This document shows, one piece after another, positions 38,288 to 45,994 of a stretch of 64,000 nucleotides of DNA. The position numbers and the translations under genes are program-made. The notes below the pieces were generated by a model. It had not been told where the DNA came from. It made no database searches and saw only the letters and a program-made list of their open reading frames with translations. Positions within the stretch are counted from its first letter, which is position 1; every line of letters begins with the position of its first letter. Source of the stretch: Gemmatimonadota bacterium (lineage in GTDB: Bacteria > Latescibacterota > UBA2968 > UBA8231); assembly GCA_038153405.1 (NCBI GenBank), contig JAYOYH010000002.1, forward strand, positions 123,904 through 187,903, given 5' to 3'.

Positions 38288-39325
38288 ATGGCACACGTTC
38301 CCTCTATGAACAGCAGAGAGCGCGTTCTGGCCGCTCTCAACCGCCAGCCCGTAGACCGCACGCCGCTGTGCAATCCAACCTCGGTGGCCACCGTCGAACT
38401 GATGGACTTAGTCGACGCCCCTTTCCCCGAAGCCAACCGCCAACCCGAGCTCATGGCGCGCCTGGCCGCCACCGGCTATACCGAACTAGGCTTCGATACC
38501 ATTATGCCGGTGTTCTCCATCATTCAGGAATCTTCGGCGCTGGGCTGTAAGATTCAGTGGGAGCAAAAGGACAACTGGCCTACGGTGCGGATGAATGAGC
38601 CGATCTGGCAAACGCCCGACGACATCAAGGTGCCGACCGACCTGTGCACTCACCCCGACACCCAATGCGTCACCGACGCGATTGGCATTCTGCGCAAAGA
38701 GTACGGCGACGAGGTTGCCGTCATCGGCAAGACCATGGGGCCATGGTCACTGGGCTACCACTGCTTTGGCGTCGAACCCTTTTTGCTGATGTCACTCGAC
38801 GATCCAGGCAAGACCAAGCTGTGCTTGGACCGCATGAAGGAAATCACCGTCGAATACGGCCTAGCGCAGATCGAGGCCGGCGCCGATGCCCTGACGCTGC
38901 CCGACCACGCCACCGGCGACCTGGTCAGCGGCGAATACTACGAGCGCTATTTGCGCGACCTCCACATCGAGATGGCCGAGCGGTTGCCAGTGCCCATCAT
39001 TCTGCACATCTGCGGTCGCACCGTCGACCGCATGGAGTACATCGCCCAAACTGGCATGGCCGCCTTCCACTTCGATTCGAAGAATACGCCAATGGAATCG
39101 ATGGATATCGTCCGAGAGCGCATCGCCCTGGTCGGCAATATCAACAACCCCGAAACGCTCTTTTCCAAAGGGCCCGACGTCGTGCGCGAAGAAGTCTACC
39201 GCAATTTGGAAGCGGGGGTGCAGCTCGTCGGACCGGAGTGCGCCATACCGCTACAGACTTCGATTGAGAACCTGAAAGAAATTTCCCGCGCCGTGCGCGA
39301 TTGGCACGCCGGCCTCGACCGCTAG
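38288..39325 (+). CDS. MtaA/CmuA family corrinoid methyltransferase (URO-D fold)
   Basis: ERVLAAL....VDR, GPWS, AQIEAGAD, Zn ligands LHICG and GPEC, and GNINN. Confidence 0.88.
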   Translation: MAHVPSMNSRERVLAALNRQPVDRTPLCNPTSVATVELMDLVDAPFPEANRQPELMARLAATGYTELGFDTIMPVFSIIQESSALGCKIQWEQKDNWPTVRMNEPIWQTPDDIKVPTDLCTHPDTQCVTDAIGILRKEYGDEVAVIGKTMGPWSLGYHCFGVEPFLLMSLDDPGKTKLCLDRMKEITVEYGLAQIEAGADALTLPDHATGDLVSGEYYERYLRDLHIEMAERLPVPIILHICGRTVDRMEYIAQTGMAAFHFDSKNTPMESMDIVRERIALVGNINNPETLFSKGPDVVREEVYRNLEAGVQLVGPECAIPLQTSIENLKEISRAVRDWHAGLDR

Positions 39326-39335
39326 GAGAGATAGA

Positions 39336-40079
39336 ATGGCTGAAATCGGCGATATTGCCAACGAATTTATCCGCGACGAAATTGACGAGTTCCTCGAGCG
39401 CGACGACGAGCGGAAACGCAATATAGAGCACTTCGCGCGCACTAGGCTGCTCATGCAGGATATTGCCGCCGCCCTCATCGACGGAGCACATGAAACGGTA
39501 GACGAACTGACGCAGCAGGCGCTAGGCGAAGGTATTGAAGCACTAGAAATTATGGACGATGGCCTCATTGCCGGCATGGGCATCGTCGGCATCAAGTTCC
39601 GCGAGAACTTTATCTTTGTTCCCGAAGTGCTGGCCTGCGCGCGCGCCATGAAGGCCGGCATGGCGCACATCGAACCCATTCTCTCCGACTCGGGCATCGA
39701 ACCCATCGGCACCGTCGTCATGGGCACGGTCAAAGGCGACCTGCACGATATCGGTAAAAACCTGTGCATCATGATGCTGCGCGGCGCGGGTTTCGTCGTG
39801 CACGACCTCGGCGTCGACACCTCGGAAGACGAATTTATCGCCGCCATTGAAGAGCACGGCGCTAAACTGCTGGGCATGTCTGCCCTGCTGACGACGACGA
39901 TGCCCAATATGGGCAAGACGATCGAGGCCTTTATCGACGAGGACCTGCGCGACGACATCAAAATCATGGTCGGCGGCGCCCCCGTCACGCCGGAGTTCGC
40001 TGAAGATATGGGCGCCGACGGCTACGGCAAAGACGCCCTGGCCTGCGTCGAGTTGGCCAAGCATCTGCTGAGCGAATAG
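39336..40079 (+). CDS. Cobalamin-binding corrinoid protein (cap plus B12-binding domains)
   Basis: GLIAGM..VG.KF, FVPEVL, GTVKGDLHDIGKNL (DxHxxG), SALLTTTM and VGGAPVT. Confidence 0.95.
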   Translation: MAEIGDIANEFIRDEIDEFLERDDERKRNIEHFARTRLLMQDIAAALIDGAHETVDELTQQALGEGIEALEIMDDGLIAGMGIVGIKFRENFIFVPEVLACARAMKAGMAHIEPILSDSGIEPIGTVVMGTVKGDLHDIGKNLCIMMLRGAGFVVHDLGVDTSEDEFIAAIEEHGAKLLGMSALLTTTMPNMGKTIEAFIDEDLRDDIKIMVGGAPVTPEFAEDMGADGYGKDALACVELAKHLLSE

Positions 40080-40096
40080 CTCACAGCAGTCGACTC

Positions 40097-41989
40097 ATGG
40101 CATCAATCGATCCCAACGACTATCAAAAACGTCTCGACAAACTGTCTTCTCTGCTGGGCGATATGGTCCGCCACGCCGACGAGCAGGCACAGAGTCGCTG
40201 TCCCTACAAGAATCGCCACGGCGAGTGCACCGCTCAGTTTGGCTGCCGCAACCAGCGCAAAAACACCCAGGCCGGCGGGCTGCTGCTGTGCGCAGGCGAT
40301 GATCAGTTAGACTACCGCAGCGCGTGGGAGGGAATCGAACGTCCGGCTCAGCGCCCAGGCCAAGACGGCAGGGGGCGCATTCTAAGCGGCGCGCGCTCCT
40401 GCGTCGCACAGAGTCGCCGCACGCTTTTTGACGCCGCCGACGTGCTGGACGTAGCCGTGCCGACGTCGTGCTATCGCACGGGCAGCTGCCACGAGTGCAT
40501 CATCGAGGTCAAACGCGGCATGGAGGCCCTCAACGAGCGCACGGGCGAAGAGCGCTTTCTGCGCGACGACTATCGCCTGGCCTGTCAGGCCGAAGTCATC
40601 GATGCCGACATCGACATTGAGTTCATACCTCTCAATCGAACCCCCCGCATACTGACCCTCTCTACGGGCCAGCCCGATGAAGTCGCGCCGCTAGTAGAGC
40701 GTCGCCATGACAAAGTCTACTTTGAAGAAGACTACATAGACGATTATCGCGGCCGCATGTTGGGTATCGCCGTTGATTTGGGCACGACCACTGTAGCTAT
40801 GGAGTTGCTCGACCTGGAAACGGGCCAGAGCGTGCAGGTCGCCTCGTTTGAAAATCCACAGCGCTTTGGCGGTAGCGACGTCATGAACCGCATATCCTAC
40901 GACGCGCAGCACCCGCGCGAGCTGCGCCAGGCCATCGTCAAGGCACTCAACCGCCAGATTGCCCGCTGGTGCGAACTGTACTCCATTCACCGACACTGCA
41001 TTTACGAAATTGTCATCGCCGGCAATTCGACCATGCGCGATATCCTCTTTCGCTTCGACGTGCAGGGCATTGGTCAGAGGCCCTACAAATCGCAGGTCGA
41101 GTTGGAATACCTCGACGGTCGGCGCACGCACACCGCCCTGAGCGAAAAGACGCGCCGCCTCGGCCTGCGCGCCCATCCCAAAGCGCGCGTCTACGGCCTG
41201 CCGCTCATCGCCAGCCATGTCGGGGCCGATGCGGCCGCCGATTTATGTGCGACCCGGCTCGACGCCTCGTCGGACGCCGCCCTGCTAATCGACGTGGGCA
41301 CCAATACCGAAGTCGTAGCCATACACAACGGGCGCATGGTTGCCGCCTCTTCTCCGGCCGGACCGGCCTTTGAAGGCGGCACCGTAACCTACGGCATGCC
41401 CGGATACGAAGGCGCCATTGAACGCCTGCGCTGGAACGGCGCGGCGTGGGAGTACAAGACCATCGGTGACCTCGCACCGCAGGGCATCTGTGGCTCGGGC
41501 CTGGTCGACCTACTCGCCGAACTCCGACGCCACGACCTCATGTCGCCCAAGGGAGCTTTTGCCCATCGCCAAAAAGAAATCGCCGTGGTGCCGGATAGAG
41601 GAATTACTTTTTCGCGCCTCGACGCCTCGAACTTGGCCCAGGCCAAAGCGGCCAACTACTGCGGCCAATACATCGTGCTGCGCGCGCTTGGCCTGGCTCC
41701 TGCCCAGGTAAAAAAGCTCTATTTGGCCGGCGGCTTTGCCCACTACGTCGATGCCCAAGCGGCCATCGATATCGGCTTTTTGGCTCCGGTGCCCATAGAG
41801 CACATAGAGAAAATTGGCAACGCCTCGCTGCAGGGCGCACGCGATGTGCTGCTATCAAAAAACAAGCGGCGCCAATTGGAAAAATTGGTCGGCCATATCG
41901 AGCACGTCGAGTTGGAAACAACGCCCGACTTCTTCGAGCTCTTCGTCGATGGTTGCCAGTTCAAGCCCATGCCATCCGTCCTGAGCTGA
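40097..41989 (+). CDS. ATP-dependent reductive activator of corrinoid proteins (RamA/RACo, ASKHA plus 2Fe-2S)
   Basis: 2Fe-2S motif C...GSCHEC...RLAC, DLGTTT, NPQ.FG.DV.NRI, GNSTM, DVGTNTE, AGPAFEG, GICGSG, LAGGF and GNASL.G. Confidence 0.92.
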   Translation: MASIDPNDYQKRLDKLSSLLGDMVRHADEQAQSRCPYKNRHGECTAQFGCRNQRKNTQAGGLLLCAGDDQLDYRSAWEGIERPAQRPGQDGRGRILSGARSCVAQSRRTLFDAADVLDVAVPTSCYRTGSCHECIIEVKRGMEALNERTGEERFLRDDYRLACQAEVIDADIDIEFIPLNRTPRILTLSTGQPDEVAPLVERRHDKVYFEEDYIDDYRGRMLGIAVDLGTTTVAMELLDLETGQSVQVASFENPQRFGGSDVMNRISYDAQHPRELRQAIVKALNRQIARWCELYSIHRHCIYEIVIAGNSTMRDILFRFDVQGIGQRPYKSQVELEYLDGRRTHTALSEKTRRLGLRAHPKARVYGLPLIASHVGADAAADLCATRLDASSDAALLIDVGTNTEVVAIHNGRMVAASSPAGPAFEGGTVTYGMPGYEGAIERLRWNGAAWEYKTIGDLAPQGICGSGLVDLLAELRRHDLMSPKGAFAHRQKEIAVVPDRGITFSRLDASNLAQAKAANYCGQYIVLRALGLAPAQVKKLYLAGGFAHYVDAQAAIDIGFLAPVPIEHIEKIGNASLQGARDVLLSKNKRRQLEKLVGHIEHVELETTPDFFELFVDGCQFKPMPSVLS

Positions 41990-41997
41990 GGCGCGCC

Positions 41998-43605
41998 GTG
42001 AGTAAGTCACACCCGCCCCGACGCTACTCGGGCGCCTGGCAGAAAGAGAGCCTGCGCGACCTGCTGACAGGTGACGCAGCGTTCGTCCATATCGTCGAGT
42101 TGGTCACTTCGCGCGGCGTCATGGCAGAGAAAGACGGACGGCGCGTCCTATCGCTGGCCCGCCGCCTGTGCGAGCACCCGGAAGTGCATGCCCTAAGCAT
42201 CACCGACAACCCCGGGGGCAATGCCATGATCAGCGCCGATACCCTCGGCACCGACCTACTCTCGCGCGGCCAGGAAGTCATCATCCATATCTCCTGCAAA
42301 GATTGGAATCGCAACGCCCTGCAGGGCCGGGCATGGCAACTGGCTAGCGAGGGTTTTGACAACGTCTTATGTCTGTCCGGCGACTACCCGACCAGCGGCT
42401 ATCAGGGGTTGGCCAGCGGGGTATTCGATATTGACTCCATCGGCCTACTGCAAATGTTTAGCGCGCTCAATGCCGGCCTGTCCGTTGCCGGCCGCAGCAA
42501 GGCGCGACGCTTGCAAAAAACCCATTTTCTGCTGGGTGCGGCAACCAATAACCACAAGCGCTACGAACGCGAGGTCATGCCGCAGTACTTCAAATTGGCC
42601 CAGAAGGTGAGCAACGGCGCCGACTTTATCATCAGTCAGATCGGCTACGACGCGCGCAAGCAGGACGAACTGCTCCGCTATATGCGCCTATACCGCATCG
42701 ACGTGCCGGTCATAGCCAATGTCTTTGTGCTCAGCGCCGGAGTAGCGCGCTATTTTCACGGCGGCCACATTCCCGGCGTAGAGGTTACCGATCGCCTGCT
42801 AGCCCTCTGCGAGCAACAGGCCCAATCGCCGGACAAGGGCAAAGCCTTTTTCCTCGAGTTGGCTGCTCAACAGTGCGCCATCGCGCGCGGTCTGGGCTAT
42901 CGAGGCGCTTACCTGGGCGGCCATCTGCAGTACGGCGACTACGAAAAAATTATCGCCATAGCGCAGAGCTATGCCCCCGACGACTGGCGCGATTTTGCGC
43001 GCCAGATCGACTTTTCCCATCCCGACGAGTTCTATTTTTTTGAGCGCGACCCATCGAGTGGCCTGAGCAGCGATGCGATTAACTCCACCTACCTAGCGTC
43101 CAAGGACAGCAAGGCGCGCAAGGGGTTGCAGCGCGAAGTCTCCAGCACCTATAAGCTCAGCCGCATCGCCCACGAATACCTGTTTGCACCGAATAGTCGC
43201 GGCTATAAGACTGGACAAAAGCTGGCTGCGGCCCTGGAGAACAGCCCCAACGCCCAGCGATTTCTGCACGCCGTAGAGCAGGCCACCAAAGTGCCCCTTT
43301 TCGACTGCCGCGACTGCGGCGACTGTTCACTACCCGACATCGCCTATTTATGCCCCGAATCGCAGTGCGTTAAAAACCAGCGCAACGGACCGTGCGGCGG
43401 AACGCGCCAGGGACTGTGTGAAGTGGGCGATAAGGAGTGCATATGGTCGCGCGCCTATGAGCGGTTGAAGGCATACGGGCAAGAGGAGTACATGCTCGAA
43501 CGCCCTGCCGTCATTAAAGACAGCGCGCTGCGCGGAACCAGCGCTTGGCTCAATACCTATGCCGGTCGCGATCACCGCGGGCGCAACGGGGAGGATACGC
43601 CGTGA
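41998..43605 (+). CDS. Methylenetetrahydrofolate reductase with fused C-terminal Cys-rich MTHFR_C (MetV-like) domain
   Basis: ITDN, H.SCKD.NR, LSGD and K...GADFIISQ. C-terminal CRDCGDC...CPESQC.KNQRNGPCGG...CEV...CIW. Confidence 0.88.
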   Translation: MSKSHPPRRYSGAWQKESLRDLLTGDAAFVHIVELVTSRGVMAEKDGRRVLSLARRLCEHPEVHALSITDNPGGNAMISADTLGTDLLSRGQEVIIHISCKDWNRNALQGRAWQLASEGFDNVLCLSGDYPTSGYQGLASGVFDIDSIGLLQMFSALNAGLSVAGRSKARRLQKTHFLLGAATNNHKRYEREVMPQYFKLAQKVSNGADFIISQIGYDARKQDELLRYMRLYRIDVPVIANVFVLSAGVARYFHGGHIPGVEVTDRLLALCEQQAQSPDKGKAFFLELAAQQCAIARGLGYRGAYLGGHLQYGDYEKIIAIAQSYAPDDWRDFARQIDFSHPDEFYFFERDPSSGLSSDAINSTYLASKDSKARKGLQREVSSTYKLSRIAHEYLFAPNSRGYKTGQKLAAALENSPNAQRFLHAVEQATKVPLFDCRDCGDCSLPDIAYLCPESQCVKNQRNGPCGGTRQGLCEVGDKECIWSRAYERLKAYGQEEYMLERPAVIKDSALRGTSAWLNTYAGRDHRGRNGEDTP

Positions 43606-44630
43606 ATATACCCGCTATCGGCAAGCCCTTTATCGTCATTGGAGAAAACGTCCACACCACCCGCGTGCTTTCGCGCAAGGGCAAGCTGATTGCCTCTGAC
43701 GCTGAGGGTCGAGAGGGCATCCGCTTTCGCGACATCCATAATAACCGGCGCTTTTTGCCCATCCCCGAAGATGTAAAAAGGACGCGGGACTACGAAGAGG
43801 GCCGCATTAAACACCTCAAAATCGCCGTGCGCGAAGCGATGTCGGGCAGCGCAGATGCGCTTGACTACATCGCCCGACAGGTGCAGCGCCAAGAACGGGC
43901 CGGTGCCGACTTTCTCGATCTCAACGTCGACGAGATATCTATCCGCGTCGAGGAACAGCAGGAAGCCATGCGCTGGCTAGTTGGTGCCGTGCACTCCATG
44001 AGTGCGCTTCCTCTCTCTATCGACTCGTCCAATAGCGATATTCTGCGCGCCGGCCTAGAGTCCTGTGCCGATCACGCGCGGCGGCCGCTGCTCAACTCGG
44101 CCTCGCTCGAGCGCCTCGACGGCCTCGACGTGGCGCGCGCGTTCCATGCGAAGGTCGTCATCACGGCAGCGGGCAAATCCGGTATGCCCAACGATGTCGA
44201 AGAGCGCATAACGTATGCCATGCGCATGGTCGAAGAGGCGAACGGACGCGGCATAGCGCTGTCCGACCTATTTATCGACCCGCTGATCTTTCCCATTTCC
44301 GTCGATGGCCGCTACGGTCAGCACGCCTTTGGCGCCATTGCCCAACTGCGCACGCAGCTAGGCGACGACGTGCATATAACCGGCGGCTTTTCCAACGTAT
44401 CTTTTGGCCTGCCGTGTCGACAGCTCATCAACGATGTCTTCCTGATGCTCGCCGTTGAAGCCGGTGCCGATAGCGCTATCCTCGACCCAACGAGCAGCCC
44501 ATTAACCGATATCTTTTCCATCGACCGCGATGCACCAGCTTACCGGCTGGCTGAAGACGTGCTGCTGGGCAAAGACGAATACTGCACCCGCTTTATCCGC
44601 GCCTATCGCAAGGGCGAATTGACGGCCTAA
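43602..44630 (+). CDS. Pterin-binding methyltetrahydrofolate:corrinoid methyltransferase (MetH folate module / MeTr-like)
   Basis: VIGENVH, GADFLDLN, PLSIDSS, LLNS, FIDP, GGFSNVSFGLP and AILDP. The GTG start overlaps the upstream stop (GTGA). Confidence 0.88.
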   Translation: MNIPAIGKPFIVIGENVHTTRVLSRKGKLIASDAEGREGIRFRDIHNNRRFLPIPEDVKRTRDYEEGRIKHLKIAVREAMSGSADALDYIARQVQRQERAGADFLDLNVDEISIRVEEQQEAMRWLVGAVHSMSALPLSIDSSNSDILRAGLESCADHARRPLLNSASLERLDGLDVARAFHAKVVITAAGKSGMPNDVEERITYAMRMVEEANGRGIALSDLFIDPLIFPISVDGRYGQHAFGAIAQLRTQLGDDVHITGGFSNVSFGLPCRQLINDVFLMLAVEAGADSAILDPTSSPLTDIFSIDRDAPAYRLAEDVLLGKDEYCTRFIRAYRKGELTA

Positions 44631-44704
44631 ACACGCCGCGCTAAACGGCCTGTTCGCCGCTGCTACGCTGGCTTTTTCCAACCCTTTACATAGATTATTT
44701 ACCT

Positions 44705-45706
44705 ATGAAACCATTTATCGAACGCATAGCCGAAGAACGTCCTCTGCTCTATGACGGCGGTTTTGGCTCGCAGCTTTTTGTCCGCGGCATCGAGCTGACC
44801 AACAGCACGTTGGCCAACGAATTGCATCCCGATACGGTCGTCGAGATCCATCGCACTTATATCGAGGCGGGGGCCGACGCCATTGGCACCAATACGTTTG
44901 TCGCTTCGGAGCTGCACTTGGAAATGGCCGGCAAAGACCCGTCGGCCGCAGGCCAACTGGCTACCCATGCAGCTCAACTGGCTCGGCGCGCCGTCGAGGA
45001 AAGCGGACGCGACACCTATGTAGGCGGCTCCATCGGCCCTTCTCCCGGCGCCATTGAATCGGACGCCGGCGACACCACCTTTGGCATTGCCGATGCCAAG
45101 GTGCGCGACGCTCATGCGCGCATTATCGACGCGCTGGTCGAAGGCGGCGTTGACTTCTTTGCCATTGAGACCCAGTTCTCTGCCAAAGAGGCTGCCTTAG
45201 CCTGCAATATTGCCCGCCAGGCGGGCCTGCCGATCGCCATTAACCTGACGCTCAAATACACTAAAGATCGCAAAACGGGGGTCGTCACCTACAAGACCGA
45301 CTGGGGCCATTCGCCAACCGATCTAATCGACCTGCTCGCTTCTGGAGAGTTTTCCAACGGAGACAACCTACTCGACCACGTGCACCTGCTCGGTCTTAAC
45401 TGCGGAGCGGAAACCCGCCGCAGCGAGCACACCGGCATGGCCTATGCCATCTGCGGCAGCGATCAAATAGGGCAGGCCCTGCAGGAGCGCGGTCTGTCCA
45501 AGCGCATTATGACCTATCCCAATGCCGGCATGCCGCAGCTCGACAGCGAACTCCGGACATCCTATTCGCAGACGCCGGAAGACATGGCGGCACATATCCC
45601 CAACCTGCTCGACAGCGGTGCCTATATCATCGGCGGTTGCTGCGGCACTACCCCCGACCACATCCGCGCCTTCCGCCAGGCCATCGACGAGCACGCGGCA
45701 GCGTAG
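44705..45706 (+). CDS. Homocysteine S-methyltransferase domain protein (stand-alone MetH N-module)
   Basis: DGGFGSQL, H..YIEAGAD...TNTF, GSIGP, IET, Zn ligands GLNC and GGCCGT, and YPNAG.P. Confidence 0.92.
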   Translation: MKPFIERIAEERPLLYDGGFGSQLFVRGIELTNSTLANELHPDTVVEIHRTYIEAGADAIGTNTFVASELHLEMAGKDPSAAGQLATHAAQLARRAVEESGRDTYVGGSIGPSPGAIESDAGDTTFGIADAKVRDAHARIIDALVEGGVDFFAIETQFSAKEAALACNIARQAGLPIAINLTLKYTKDRKTGVVTYKTDWGHSPTDLIDLLASGEFSNGDNLLDHVHLLGLNCGAETRRSEHTGMAYAICGSDQIGQALQERGLSKRIMTYPNAGMPQLDSELRTSYSQTPEDMAAHIPNLLDSGAYIIGGCCGTTPDHIRAFRQAIDEHAAA

Positions 45707-45709
45707 GCC

Positions 45710-45994
45710 ATGATCCACTATCAGGTGCTTTACTGGCGCGATATACCGGCTCAAATAAAAGTCTACGCCGGGCGCCGTCCCACTTCACACGCTCTAGCAC
45801 AGCGCTTTCAGGCGGCCATTGATCGCATCGCCATGCGCGAAGGCCTGACCGGCACCGAGGCCTATCTCGACCAGTGGCAGTGGTCGGAGAAACGCCCTTA
45901 CGAAGGCGATGCAGAAGAAGCGGCTGCTCTCCTTGTGGATCAGCTGGAACGCGAGGGCGATGCACAGCTAGCCGCACGCAGGGAAGCTCCATGA
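45710..45994 (+). CDS. Virulence_fact (PF13769-like) small protein
   Basis: YWRDIPAQ.K, L..RFQ.AID..AM and YL.QW, matching the family seen beside split MetH/MTHFR genes. Confidence 0.8.
   Translation: MIHYQVLYWRDIPAQIKVYAGRRPTSHALAQRFQAAIDRIAMREGLTGTEAYLDQWQWSEKRPYEGDAEEAAALLVDQLEREGDAQLAARREAP

Noticed and set aside
38288..39325. Uroporphyrinogen decarboxylase (hemE)
   Set aside because: It lacks the HemE W.MRQAGR motif, has HxC...C Zn ligands and sits next to a corrinoid protein.
43602..44630. Dihydropteroate synthase (folP)
   Set aside because: IGEN, SIDS and SNVSFGLP motifs plus the gene context indicate the methyl-THF-binding methyltransferase branch of the pterin-binding fold.
45710..45994. 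Genuine virulence determinant
   Set aside because: The family name is historical, and the context is folate/cobalamin metabolism.
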